Origin: Lama glama
Taxonomy: Eukaryota
Length of the DNA: 64,000 nt
Assembly: GCA_028534125.1 (NCBI GenBank)
Contig: CM052817.1
Span: forward strand, 108,564,001 to 108,628,000
Reading direction: 5' to 3'
Positions 25,061 through 38,310 of the stretch are shown here, one piece after another. The stretch's first letter is position 1; every line of letters starts with the position of its first letter. Both the position numbers and the translations under genes were made by a program. Under the pieces are notes generated by a model, which ran no database searches, had not been told where the DNA came from, and was given only the letters and a program-made list of their open reading frames with translations.

Positions 25061-26874
25061 GGTGAAGCATGATATAAGAGTAGAATTACCCCTGTCTCTA
25101 CCGGCTGTTACGTTATTTGCTCAGCAAGAGAAACATCATTATCTGTCTTTTCCATTCATCACAAAACCGAATAAAAACAACACCTTGTAGAGTAAATCAT
25201 TAATACAGCCATGATTGCATGACCAATTTACTTCCTCTCTGATGATTTTGATGATTAAGTGGTCACTGGCTTACCACACGTCATTCCTCCCCAAACCATT
25301 TGCTAATAATAGGAATTTATGGCCATCAAATCTTTATGGTCAGTGCAAAGTTCAAGTTTACTTACTTAGGCTCTGGTTGACCGTGCTGCGTTGGACAATG
25401 TGAGTTTCCCCTCCCTGGACGGAGATTAAGTGTGAGCTAAGTGAGGGCCACTAAGTGTGAGGAGGCCTCAGGGACAGAGCACGGGCTTTGGGGAATATCC
25501 ACAGGAGCCAGACACAGCGGTGTTTGAGAGAGACAAGATAATATGAAAGTAATCACTGAATTACAAAGACTAGATTTACAAAGTGTAGAGAAGTCTGAAC
25601 AGAAATGAATAGCCTGGTGGAGGGTCACAAGTCCAGGAGATGTCGAAAGTTGATATTTAACTTCATGAACTCATCGCTGGAAGGTGGCCTTTAGCTGAGG
25701 TGATCCAAAATCTGGTGTGAATTAGACACTGAACAGTGACCAGCTTCTGGATGACAGGGGTATGAGAACGCAACTCCCTAAATACCAACCTGTAAGCCAG
25801 AATGAAATACGTTAAATTTAAATGAAAGATGTAATTGTCCAAGGTTCTGATCCCACAGAGAGGCAGATAAATAACCGTTGGTGGTTCTGTCTGTGGTGTA
25901 TGTGGTGTGTGGGCCAGGGTGTCCTCAGAGAGTGGCTGATGAAAGAAGGCTGGTGTGTAAGGGAACCAAACCTCCCAACGTGTAGAGAAATTGGAGGAGG
26001 AGGAAGATCCAGAGTCGGGCTGGCTGTTGGAATCCTCTGGGTTGTGTTAGGGAGGGCCTGAAGTCATGGGATTTCAGGATGACGCGAGGAAATAGACTGA
26101 AATCTTTGGAAATGAACAACAGTATTTGCACTCACAACTTCCGGGCCAGGCTGCGTGTGATAAGGAAGGGTTAGTCGGAGACCACTTCATGACTCATTAA
26201 TCTCCTGTTTAACAAAGCAGGTGGGGAGAGCTAGAAAGCCTTCGCTACAGTTCTGCTTGCTACTTCCTTGGAAGAAGTAAAAATGTTTAATCAAAGAGAA
26301 TGATTGATAATAAAAACAAGGCCGGAGGTTTACTGGAGAATATGTAAATACTGCTGTGCACTCCTTTCTTCAGTCCAGCGACCACTCCTGAGGTTGAGAT
26401 GTATGTCTCCCAACTTGGAGACAGAGACAGATTTCAAAACCAAACAGTGAGATTCCCCGACCACAGAATTCAAACACAGCAAGTTGCATAACCAGTATCA
26501 GGTTAGTGTGCTAGTGTGCTAGTGTGCAAATCAGAGTGCCCACCATGGTAATGATTAGTGTGTGAGAAAATGAAGGATGATTAACATCATAATGATTTTC
26601 TAAAAAATTGTGTCTAATTTATTATTCTGAATAAAGTCCAGTGTCCTCATTTTTTAAAAGCCACTTGCAGTTATTTTTGACAAACTCAGTCATGCTTGTA
26701 TGTAATGTGAATAGCCAGAATGAGATAAAGAAGGAAAAAAATATTCAAGAGTATAAATATTAGTTATATAGGGTTATTTCAAGACCATACATGGAATCAT
26801 GACTATTTGGTTACCTACTCTGCCTGCATACATTTGTATAGAAATATGTAAGTTAGCATATATGTATGTGTAAA

Positions 26875-27312
26875 CTCACTCACTCACCCACTCATCCATC
26901 CACCCATCCATCCATCCATTCATCCATCCACCCACCCATCCTACCCACCCATCCATCCATCCATCCATCCACTCACCCACCCACCCATCCATCCACCCAT
27001 CCTACCCACCCATCCATCCACCCATCCTACCCACCCATCCGTCCACCCATTCACCCACTCATCCACCCATTCACCCACTCATCCACCCATCTACCCATCC
27101 ACCCATCCACCCAGCCACTCATCCATCCATCCACCCATCCATCCACCCATTCACCCACTCATCCACCCATCTACCCATCCACCCAGCCACCCAGCCACCC
27201 AGCCACTCATCCATCCATCCACCCATCCATCCACCCATTCACCCACTCATCCACCCAGCCACCCAGCCACCCAGCCACTCATCCATCCATCCACCCATCC
27301 GCCCATCCATCA
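26875..27312. repeat. Compound (CCAT/CCAC/CCAG)n tetranucleotide tract
   Basis: About 440 bp of period-4 repeats. It explains the spurious His/Pro/Ser ORF 26866..27327. Confidence 0.97.
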
Positions 27313-27600
27313 CTCAGCAGTATTTAGTCCTTACTATGCATGAACTAAATGCCATGGTAAATAATGGGAATAAAACAATTACTAGATGGAGTCCCAGGCT
27401 CCAGGAGGCACTGAATAGTAAAGGGACAGGCATGCAAAAAATATAATTGAAAATTGTAATGAATGTGGTGCGGACATGCTGGAAAAGGTTGTGATCCTTC
27501 TGCCTGTGGGACTCCCAGACGGCGTCTCTCAGAAGATCCTATTCAGCTGAAATCTGGAGGATACATGGCATTGTGCCGAGTGAAGTGGGGGAGAAAATGC
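27313..27600 (-). mobile_element. L2 3' fragment
   Basis: ctcagcagtatttagtccttactatgcatg...gtcccaggctccaggagg resembles the reverse L2 3' end (ttcaacaaatatttattgagcacctactatgtgcc...). Confidence 0.55.
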
Positions 27601-28639
27601 TACTGGCAGTATGGGGGTGGCCTCAGTCAACTGTTAAAGTACTGGGCATGGGACCCATTGTTTTAGAGGAGTCCACGCTCCGAGGTATTTTAAAAGCTGC
27701 CACTAGGCAAGTTTTAAGTGCACCCAGTGCAACGTCCTGCCCAATGTGCTTGGAACCCATTAGTCATAACTTAGTGATATAAAGTGTGTTCTTGACCTAT
27801 GACAGGATTATTATTGTCGAGTTGCTGCTCTGAAAGATGTGATCATGTTCGCCATCTGGTGAGCAGCGCTGTCTCGCCTGGGTTGAGGTCCGCGGATGAC
27901 TAAAGCCGAGTAGCCCACAATTACTCAGTTGCCCAAAGGCCCACATGTGGACTGGAAAGCTGTCTGTGTCATGAGATCCCTGAAGTTTGCAGAGGGTGGG
28001 GGCAGGGAGAGGACGCACATTTTGTCTTATCTCTCACTTTGCCGTGTTGTTTGAAGGACTTCAGTTGTCACGTCAACCCAAGGGAATGAATAGGTCGGTG
28101 TTCCTGCCTTAGTGTCACGTGTCACATAGTGGAGAGTGGGGACTTGGAGATTTACAAATAAAGGAAAAAAGGAAAGAAACGCAGCCCCTGCCTTCCAAGC
28201 GCTTATATTCTAAGCTCGTGTCTTATGCAAATACATTATTATAAAGACATTTCACGGGGCTTTAAATTCCAGTTTGAACGACAGTATCAACAGTTCTGTC
28301 ACTTAAACCAGGGAGCGTAAATTGCTCTGAGTGCCTACTTGTCAGACGTCGGTTTTGCCTGTATGTGGGGTGATTACCACAGCTTTTCAGATACATTTTT
28401 GAACCAACGAGGTCTCATTTCTGTTTGGTTCTATTAAATTACCAGAGTCATATTAATAGGAGGTTTCTCAAACTCGCACAGGACTTGGTCCTCGCCTACT
28501 TTATATGATTTTCTTGTTTATCTATAAGATTAATAAAATTAAGCAGTGAAATGAATGATTGATTCTTGTCATTTTCAGAGAGGAAGCTGAGGCTTAGTGG
28601 ACTAAGTAGGTAGATAAAAATCTCTGAGTGTACAATGGA

Positions 28640-28880
28640 AGTCAGGCTGGGTGGAGGGGTGAATTGGGGGTTCGGGATTTGCAGCTGCACACTAGCTCTG
28701 TATGTAAAATAGGTAAACAGGTTTATACTGTACAGCACAGAACTGCATTCAGTATCTCATAATAGCCTATAATGAAAAAGAATATGAAAAGGAATACATG
28801 TATATGTATAAATGAATACTATGCTGTATATCAGAAATTAATACAACGTTGTAAATCAACTATATTTCAAAAAAAAAAGA
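28640..28880 (+). mobile_element. 5'-truncated L1 3' UTR
   Basis: gggtgaattgggggttcgggatttgcag...aatagcctataatgaaaaagaatatgaaaagg...tgtaaatcaactatatttc followed by poly(A). Confidence 0.9.
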
Positions 28881-28977
28881 AAACCAAAGAAATTAAGGTG
28901 GGAAAAAAAAGTTATTCTGCCTTTTCCATCACAGAGTGAGAAATCTAAGAAAACATTGGAGCAAAAGAGAAAATGAT

Positions 28978-29112
28978 GAGGGAGAGTGTAGCTCAGTGGC
29001 GGAGTGTGTGCTTAGCATGCATGAGGTCCTGGGTTCAAACCCCAGGGCCTCCACTAAATGATAAATAACCTAATTACTTCCCCCCTTCAGAAAATAAATT
29101 AAAATAAAATAA
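28978..29112 (+). mobile_element. tRNA-derived SINE (Vic-1-like)
   Basis: tagctcagtgg (A box), gaggtcctgggttcaaacccc (B box), aacctaattacttccccc and an A-rich tail. Confidence 0.92.
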
Positions 29113-30240
29113 ACAAATCTATTTTAAAAAGCTGAAAAAAGTTAGCATGCTGACTAACAAAAAGTAAAGTTGAAAGTGAAAAAGTTTTGAAAAAGAAATG
29201 CGGAAACACAGTGACTGACGCATTTGAAACTGCTGAGAAGGGCGGGGCCTTCTGGGAGCGAGGGCCCCGCTGAGGGCCTGGGTGGGAAGCCTGGACACCG
29301 GAGCCGCTGGAGGGGTCGCCTTGCCAGAACGAGACAAGCAATCCAGAGCAGGGGGGACATTTTAAAAGTGAGACGAGAAAAAAGACGGCAAACCGGGGGC
29401 CGAGGAAGCCGGGCTGGGCGACGCTGCCCCGGGCGGGGAGCGCGGGCCTCTGTCCCTTTTCACGCCGCGCGACATGAGGTCGTCGCCTCCGCGGGACTCA
29501 CCAGACCGACCCAACCAGCCACCACCCGAAACGTTCCCTTGAATCTGAAGGCTTCAGTTTAGTTTCTCGAGAAATGACAGTCTTTTTTTTTTTTCCTCTT
29601 GCCTCATTCTGTGATCAGGTTCTGAGGGAGAGATCACCCCACAGACCCCATAAATCTTTAGTCATCGGAAATAAAGGTGGTGACCCTAGAAAAACACAAA
29701 GATGGAAGGTTTCAAAATTGCTAAGTAAACTGAAAAATAACTTATCCCAGCTCGAGTTTCTGGAGCTTACGTTTTTTTAATGTTTTCATAGTATTCCAAG
29801 AGATTAATTGTGTAGATTGATACTGACCATCCTTAAAGTAAATACCTGTCTGATTTCTTTGCATTAAAAGAAAAGTGTAAGCAGAACTTTAACTATCCTA
29901 CCTATACTGTAAATATTTATACCTTACATACATACGTGTATGTGTGTGTGTGTATTTACATCTGTGTGGGGTATGTGCACACACAAATACATGCATGTTT
30001 CTGTACAGTGGTCACTGAGGAAAGGCAGAAAGAGCAAACAAGATAACAATAAAATGCCATTTCTACGAGTTCCACAACAAAGGTGAATGAGAAACTGGGA
30101 AGTCAGAAAATGGATAGAATTTTCATTAGATGATACAAAACTTCCATTAATTAAGCATCTTCCTTATGTCCTGTTGTTACTTCTTGGAGCCCCTCTGACT
30201 GGTGTATCTGATGAGGGATGAGGATATAATTCGTATCAGA

Positions 30241-30340
30241 AGAGTCACGTAGCTTAGTGGTAGAGTGCATGCTCAGCGTGCACAGGGTCCTGGGCACAAG
30301 TCCTGGGTTCGACCCCCGGTACCTCCATCAAATAAATAAA
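30241..30340 (+). mobile_element. tRNA-derived SINE (Vic-1-like) with an internal duplication
   Basis: tagcttagtggtagagtgcatgc...gcacagggtcctgg-gcacaagtcctgg-gttcgaccccc...acctccatcaaataaataaa. Confidence 0.88.
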
Positions 30341-31209
30341 GAGGCAGGTAACACCTGTGGCAGATGAATTCCAGAACGTGTTCTTGTCTTCCAAGGGATG
30401 ACTGGGCTACACAGCATGTGAGAGAGACAAAGATATAAATTACAGATAATAGAAAATATAAATGCTAAAAACAAATGCTTAGAGTTAAAAAAACAAAACA
30501 AAAACAAAAACTCACATCCAGGAACTGTACCTGAACTTTTCCAATTATCTTAAGAGGAAGAATATTTTTATTTCACTTCGGTGTATTCTTGAACAAACTC
30601 ATTTTATCACCAGAAGGTAAATTCGTGTGTCCAAACAGATGAGCCTTTTGAAAGGATTTCTGCCGCTGGGCAGCCACTTAAATCTTTTCTTTTAAAGTCA
30701 GGCATGAAGTCATAATAGCACTGTGATAAGCGTGGCCTGAACTCTGTCCAAATTTTATTATCACACTCCTTAAATATTTCCCTCAGCTTCAGATAAGCCC
30801 GTATCTAGTGGACCTTGGTGTGTGTGCCGGGCACCAACAATGCGGCACAGATAAAAAATTGAAACAACCTAACCGATCATCATTCTTTAAAAATGTCTTG
30901 ATGAATGATGAAATGGCCTCCTGTTAATATGTGTGGGCACTGGAACCCAGCTATGCAGGGAACACACGTGATTGGGCAGGAGACAGTGGACAGGAGGAGT
31001 GGCCTCTGGGGGGTCTGGGTGATGGTTAACTGTGGTTTCCTAAGCCCGGAACCGTCCTGGTGTTGGGTGGAGGAGAGTGTATTCATACCGCCTCTTTCCT
31101 GGCTTGAATATTGATGCCCTTTGAGTGAGCTTTGCTACCTACATTTCCAGTCCAACATTCCTGCTATCCTGAACTCAGGAGGTGGAACGCATGGCAGGAA
31201 GTCCTCCTG

Positions 31210-31370
31210 GTTTTTTTTTTTCTTTTTTCCCCTTTTTAAAAAAACATTTATTGAAGTGTAGTTGCTTGACGATGTTAGTTTCACATGTACGGCAGAGTGT
31301 ATATGTATGCATACACTTGTGTTTTCTGTTCAGATTCTTTTCCATTACATGTTACCACAAGAAATTGAAT
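31210..31370 (-). mobile_element. Short L1 3' end
   Basis: T tail followed by ttgaagtgtagttgcttgacgatgttagtttcac...ttcagattcttttccattac. Confidence 0.85.
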
Positions 31371-31521
31371 CTAGGACGTCCTCCGTTTTCCCCTGTCCAC
31401 CTACCTCTCCAGGCATGTTCTCCCTTTATTCTTACTCCGTGTATTGAAAGCAGATGGGAAAACAAGATGATAATTCATCAGAGAAAATTTTTGCTTAGTA
31501 GAAATGTTAATTTCATTTCTT

Positions 31522-31619
31522 TTTTTTTTTTAATTTATTTTTTCCTGTAACGGAGATGCTGGGGATTGAACCCTGGACCTCGTGCATGAAAAGCACGTGC
31601 TCTACCCCCGACCACCCCC
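31522..31619 (-). mobile_element. tRNA-derived SINE (Vic-1-like)
   Basis: ggggattgaaccctggacctcgtgcatg is the reverse of the B box region. 18-bp TSD atgtt(a/c)atttcatttctt at 31504-31521 and 31620-31637. Confidence 0.9.
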
Positions 31620-32619
31620 ATGTTCATTTCATTTCTTCAATTATTTCCTCAACCGTCAGTACTGTGATGATTTAGTTGTGGGCACGTATAATAAAGGTGT
31701 GTTGCCTCACATTTACAGGAACTGTTTCTTTTTAATTATTACTAATTTAATAGTGCTTCACATGATACATGTTTTAATAAACAGCCACGCACCACGAAGC
31801 CTCACACTAGGTGCCTGGATGTTAATGAGGTTTTGTGCAGAGATGATGCGAGGGGCTTGAATGCCATGCCTTGGCTGGAGCACGATCTCTGAATCCACGC
31901 CGTAGCATTAGCTGCCCAGACCCTGGCATTGTGTCAGGAACTGCACAGTGATCCAAGGTGATGGCTTCTGTCCAGGTGCACCGTCCGCACAAGTTGTTGT
32001 CGACTGAGGATGGGTGACTTTGCATTTCAAGGGCAGGTCAGTCTCGGAAGGGATCTGAGCAGGCAGGTGAGTGCCTGTTGCACAGTGACTCATTTACTGC
32101 CCACAGCCGTCACCAGTGATACTGGCATTGTGCCTGCTTTGTAGGACGTAAGATACAGACACAAAATCTAAGAATTCACTATTTTTACAGTCTGTCGATG
32201 AATCTGCCTTCTATTATTACAATGGAAGGACCAACTGAGAGTAGTAATAGCAACACACGCTCACTCGTGCTGTTCTAGGCAGGTGCACTTCAGGAAGAAA
32301 GGCCGGGGGGCTGGATCTGAGGTCTGCCCTGAGGCAGAAGCAGTGCTCTGTGCGCCTTCTGGCCAGGGGAGGAGCTGTGGGCTCTTCCCTGCATAGATGC
32401 GGTTGTGATGACAGCAGGTATTGAAGGAAAACTACCACTTACGCAGCAGCTTATTTCTAAGTGCTTTACATACAGTCTCTTGCTCAATCTTCACAACAGC
32501 CTTGAGAGTTAATGAATATTACCCTCCTTTGTAAGAAGGGAATCTGGGGAGTTTAATCAGAATTCTCAACAATGGGTTTGGGGCTCAAAGAGTCTGTTTT
32601 GTCCTGTTCAGCTGGAGAC

Positions 32620-32830
32620 AGTCCTGTGTGATGGTTAAGAATGCGGGCTCTGCAGCTGGGATGAAAAGTCCGCCCCAGCTCTGTTACTGGTCCCGGCGCC
32701 TCCCTGTACCTCAGTTTCCCTGTCTGCAGTATGGCTCCCATGATGGGACCTGCAGATAGGGCTGTGTTTGGAGATTGAATGAGTCAATACTTATTATCTG
32801 GCACATAGTAGGGACTTCATACTGTTTGCT
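32620..32830 (+). mobile_element. MIR
   Basis: ggttaagaatgcgggctctgcag...cctcagtttccctgtctgcagtatgg...gattgaatgag...tggcacatagta. Confidence 0.75.
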
Positions 32831-32982
32831 TTATTATGATGATTTTTTTTTTGCACAAATATTTTAGAAGACTTGGGATTTTGATCAAAATTATTGTAAG
32901 ACATGCCTTTTTGTCATTCAGTAACACTATTGGCATTTCTTCATAGTGTTTATGTTTTATTGGTTAAATTTATTACTACACA

Positions 32983-33270
32983 TTTTTATTCTTTTTTTAT
33001 TGAAGTGTAATTTTAGTTTCAGGTGTACAACAAAGTATTTCAGTTATACATATATATACATACGTGTTTTTTCAGCTACTTCTCCATTACAGCTCATTAC
33101 AAGAAATTGAATAAAGTTCCCTGAGCTCTACAGTAGGACCTTGCTGTTTATCTGTTTTATATACAGTAGTATGTGTCTGTTAAGCCCCAACTCCTCATCC
33201 ATCCCTCCCCGCCCTTTCCCCACCCGCAACCAGGAACCACAGTTTGTTTTCTCTGTCCATGAGTCTATTT
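32983..33270 (-). mobile_element. 5'-truncated L1 3' UTR
   Basis: ttttttattgaagtgtaa...tttcaggtgtacaacaaag...agtttgttttctctgtccatgagtct. Confidence 0.9.
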
Positions 33271-33649
33271 ATATTACTCCACATTTTTATAATTCTGCTG
33301 AAAGACATTTTTCCCTATTCAGTTTCTAACTTTTTTTGCTGTCCTAAAGAAAAACTGTTGATACTTGTATATTGATCTGATATTTATCCACTTTACTAAA
33401 TTCTACTTTTCGTTCCAGATGGTTTATTAACACCAAAACCTTGACATTGTCTTTGACACCTGTTTTTGTTCACACCCACATGATCTCATATCAGATCTGC
33501 CTTCAGAATATTCACAATGTGGAACCACTGTTTACATTCACATCCCCACTGTCCTCCAAGCCACACCACCCACAGCTGGGTTACCCCCAAGCCCTTCCCA
33601 CCTCAGTGCTTCCTCGACCACAGTCTGCTCTTAAGGGAATCTGCGATCA

Positions 33650-35060
33650 ACTCAGGATCATTTTTCTCTTCTGTTTCTGTTACATTTATTTTCTTTCCTC
33701 TCTTATTAAATTAGCTAGCGCCACCCCCCCAAATGCTGAAAATAGTGGTGAGGATGCCCAGTCCTGTCTTTGTTCTAATGAGAGTGACTTTGATTTTACC
33801 TAATGTAATACTTACACTTAGTGTCTGTTACATAATTTTACCATGACAGTTTTTAATGTGTCAATTTAACTGACAGCTTCTTACTTTTCAGTTTACTCAG
33901 TTTTTATCTAAGGAGTTGATTCTGTCATTTTTTTCAACATTTGTTAATATAAGAGCATCTATTTTTTCTCCCTTGAATACTCTAAAAGGTCATTCTTACA
34001 TTAATCCTCAAGTTCGTGAACTAAATCCATACACTGTCAAGAAGTATTCTTTCTTTTAATCCACTGATTGATGATATTTGATTACATTTTATTTAGAAGT
34101 TTTGCATTTCCCTCAATTTCGGAGTGAAATTGGTCTTAATTTCTCATGTTTGATACTGCCATTTCGAAGAACTTGGATACAATACTTTTTTTTCTATTTA
34201 CTAGAAATTTTTATTTTTATCTTTTCCAGCTTTCTTGAGACATTGTTGACATAGAACATTATGTAAATTTAAGAAGTGCCACCCGCTGGCTTGCTACACT
34301 CACACACTGCAGTAGGATTCCCTCTGTGGTGTTAGCAGGCAGCTCCATCGCACCACATACTTCTGTTTCTTTTTTGTGGTGAGAACATTTACGATCTGTT
34401 CTCTTAGCAATGTTCAAGCATATGATGCAGCTTTGTTACCTGTGCTCACTTAAACTAGCTTTTTCATTATTGTAATTCATTGAGTGAATATTTGCCATTT
34501 TCAGTTTTTTTACAATTGCTTACATGAAGTTGAAATGATATGTTCCTATAAAATCAAATAGAACTCCTCTGTAAACCCCGTGCCACTGCTGTTCATTGAT
34601 AACTGTTTGACAGTCTTTTCAGTTTCTTCCACTTATTAGTCTATTCACTTTTTCTACTTTTTTAGTCAACCGTTATCATTTATGTTTTCCTAGTAAGTCA
34701 TCTTATTTCTTTGAGCTTTTCAGATTTAATTGGCATAAAGTTACTGAAAACATGCTTACAGATGTTGATACATTTTTACCTGTGATTATATCCGCATTCC
34801 CAATGTATCTAAATTCTGGGTTCCCTCCCCCTACCCACCCCTCTCCCCCCTCCCCCCTTCCTCTTCTCTGAGAACCAGCTTTTGGTTTTATTTCTGAATT
34901 CTAATTTTATATTTGATTATATCTTTTATAGCTTTTGTCTTCACTTGTTTTCACCTTATACTCATGTTTTGTTTTAAAATTTTTTCTAGCTTTGTAGATG
35001 GAATTCATGGCTTATATATTTGCAGTATTTTTATTTAGTAATAAAATCATTTAAAGCTAT
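33650..35060 (-). mobile_element. Degraded ancient L1M segment, with a separate L1MA/MB-like 3' end at about 34210-34450
   Basis: T-rich L1 antisense motifs (aaatagtggtgaggatgcccagtcctgtctttgttct; ttttgcattt...gtgaaattggtct) and tttttgtggtgagaacatttacgatctgttctcttagcaa. Confidence 0.6.
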
Positions 35061-35459
35061 TCCTTCCTACCAGCGACAGCTCCACGACACACACGTACAC
35101 CTTCCCATTTCTTGCAGGTAGAACTCTCATATTTTCCTGAGAACTATTCCATCGTATGCTGTCTTTTTCTGTCTCCCTTGCTAATTGGTTTGACTTGCAC
35201 GTTTCCTATGTAGGTTTCAAATTCTCCATAAAGGATTTAGTGTGCCCCAAATTACATAGTGCTGAGTCAATTAAAATAACTATCTGTAAAACTTATATGT
35301 CCAAATTATCCAGTTGACTGATCAACTTAATCTGAATGACCCTTAGTGTTTCTCCAGCCACTGAACAAGTTTTGGCCAATCTGAACAAAGACACACAAAT
35401 TCTACACAATTAGGCCTCAAAATAGAGCAAGTATAAGTATACAGAAATATTTTAAATAT

Positions 35460-35680
35460 CACAGGCAGTGTGGCTTCACTCTTGAGAGCATGGGCTCTGG
35501 CATTTAGCCCCCAGAACTGGAGCCCTGACTTCACACTTGGTTGCTGTGTGACCTTGGCTGGGCACGTAGCTTCTCTGTATTTTATAATCTGGAAAATGGG
35601 CACAATGATACTGTCGACATTTCATGATTTTTGTGAGGATTGAACGAATTAATGTATAAACTGCAATGAATATGTGTAAT
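35460..35680 (+). mobile_element. MIR
   Basis: gagcatgggctctggc...ttgctgtgtgaccttggctgggc...atctggaaaatggg...tgtgaggattgaacgaattaatgtataaa. Confidence 0.75.
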
Positions 35681-38310
35681 TATTATTTTTAAACTTATTT
35701 TTCAATATGAGGCAAAGCATGGGTAACCATTTTGGTGTCCAGACAGGGGTGTAAACGTCTTCCTCCGCGTCTGAGTCACATTCTGATAACTGAAGTGTAA
35801 AGCAGCCAGCATGGTCATGTGGTTGTCCTCTCACTCATGTCATTACCGTCCCAGCAAGCCCAGGCTCCAGGGGACACTAGGAGGGCGATGAGTCTCCTCA
35901 GCCCCACGTGTACCTGTTGGCAAAGTTTCACAGGACCATCAGCTTCCACAATTCATGCGGTGGATTTCATCGACAGGGTTTTAGTTAGTAAGAACCAGAA
36001 ACCACCTGCTTGGCTGGGCTGGTTTACTCCTGTTGAAGGACAGGCTGGGTGTGGGACAATTATGTTTACCAGTGAATTTCTTTCTTTGGTTCCTCTTATC
36101 TTCACAGTTTTTAAATTCCCACAGGAGAAGGAAGATTTAGTCTACAATCCCAGACTTGTTTGTTAAACATAAAAGAACATAAATCCTCCGCGGGCCCCGG
36201 GGCTATGCCGGAGACGGGGAGTGAGCACAAAGCACTCAGTGCTGTGTGCTCTGTATCAGGTTCGCCCTGAGAAAGTGACATCTGATTGGCCCGTAAAAGA
36301 GGTTTAGTAAATCCCTGAAATAGCTGATGTGGGCACCTGCGCACCTTGGAACTTGATACCCGAGGGTGCCTCACAGGGACTGCTGTGTCTCCAGAAAGTC
36401 ACCTGGGCGTGTGCAGAGTCCTGACTCTGCAGATGACTCTGATTCGTAATTTCACTTTTACGGGTCAGGTGTCATTTGGTGTCCTCTCCTTCCGTTCCCT
36501 TGGCCGGAGCCCAGACCATCCTTCATCATTGTCCTCTCTCGTCATCTTCTTGATGTTCTGAGCCAAGTCCTGGTCAATCAACCAGCCAGCGTGTTCGATG
36601 CTTCCCAGATTCAGTACATGGCATGCTCTCTGAAAAAAAGGAAAAGTTCAAATTATTGGGGAAGATGATTGGATTTAATGCATGAGTCTTTTTCCAACTA
36701 AGGCAAGTTGGAAGAAAACAGGGAATCCAGTGGCAATATTTTTGTTTGGTTTTGTTTTCTATTTTGGAGATTTGATAGCGACCATGAAGCATGGAACCCT
36801 TTCCAGGTACATCTTCACTGGTTCTGTCTTACACAACTTGACTGTGATTTAAGTAACAGAACACTGTTTTTTGTAATCATACCCTTTAGCAAGAGGACTT
36901 ACTGTTTTGATTCATCAAATTAATGGTAAAATAATGGGATGAAATTTAGAATTACAGTGTCATGTGACACCACGTCTGAAAAAAAATCTTAAAACACCTA
37001 ATTTACAATGAAAGAATTAGTCACATAACTTTAAGTTCTGCTGTGTAAAGGCAAAAAACATAGGACTTTTTTAGACGTTCATTTCACTTAACTCCATGGA
37101 ATGTGAAACTATGTAGATCTTTAAAACACTTTGATAAATGAATGCACCAGGCTTGTGTGAGCATGTGAGAATTAATTACCAGCTATCTAACTGCAAATCC
37201 AGAAATTGTTGTAAAGATTAGGGTACTTTTTTTTTTAATGGCATCAAATTCAGTGGAAAATCTTCATGACAAAAAAAGAGTAATAATGTACTTGTCTTTC
37301 CTTTGTTTGCAGGATAGTGATTTTTGCATCAGGATAAAAGTTAAATAAGGCAAAGTATAAAACTTAGTTATTCCTTAATGCGTTCTTAACATTTTTAATC
37401 CAGATATTCCTGAGAGTGCTTAAAAACTGCTTAACTTTTAAAGCGCTTACAGATCAGATTAACGCATAATGGTGTTTCTTTTTCAACAGAGATGGAAGGG
37501 AAATTATAGATAGTAAAATAGTGACGTGAGTTGTTAGGAAAGATTGTAAATAGTTATTTGGAAAACGGGCTGGAGAGAATTTTGGATGTTCCATGTTCGC
37601 CCAGCCAGTTTATCGAAAGTGACTATTGTGAAGTCATGCCGAGGCCGGTGGGTCCTGCGTGGTTTCGCCGCCTTTGACGGCTCCTTGGCGTGGACAGCTC
37701 CGGCCGCTTCCGCCCCCCGGACGCCCTCCTTCCCTCCCCTCTCAGTGCCGTGCCCCTCCTCGCAGCGGTTTCCCTCCTGTTTCTGGGTGTTTCTGTCACA
37801 AGGCCTTTTCTCTCCACCCACAGCAGAGATACTGCTGTTTCCGGGTACTCCTCAGACATGTTCTGATCCAAAGTCTCTGTTGCTCCCTCATCGAAACCGT
37901 CACACTGGGCCTCCTATGCACTCAGGTGCCTGTGTGGGCCAGGGATGGAATTAAATGAAGATCTGGGCATTAAAAACAAACAAAACAAACAACCCCCCCC
38001 AAAAAAAACCCCACCAACATGGAAAGGAGACCAGGATTTTTAAAAACCAGGAAGAGGACGTCCCATCGAAAGGCCTTTCCCCTTGGCCCAGCCGCAGTTT
38101 CCGTGAAGAAGTGAGGACCGGCCACCCTGATCTGGTGCAGCAAACGCTCCACGTGCCGGGGTGAGGCAGAGAATTAAACAAAGACACTGCCTCCCCTGGG
38201 GCTGACGCCCAGCCCAGAGCCCCGAGCCCTCAGGGAGGCCCACTAGGCCTAATAACATTTAGCATTGCTGAGGATTCAAATTTGCTTTTAAAAAAAAGAC
38301 TGAAATCCAA

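Noticed and set aside
26866..27327. 153-aa His/Pro/Ser/Thr-rich ORF
   Set aside because: It is a translation of the (CCAT/CCAC)n microsatellite, with no gene context.
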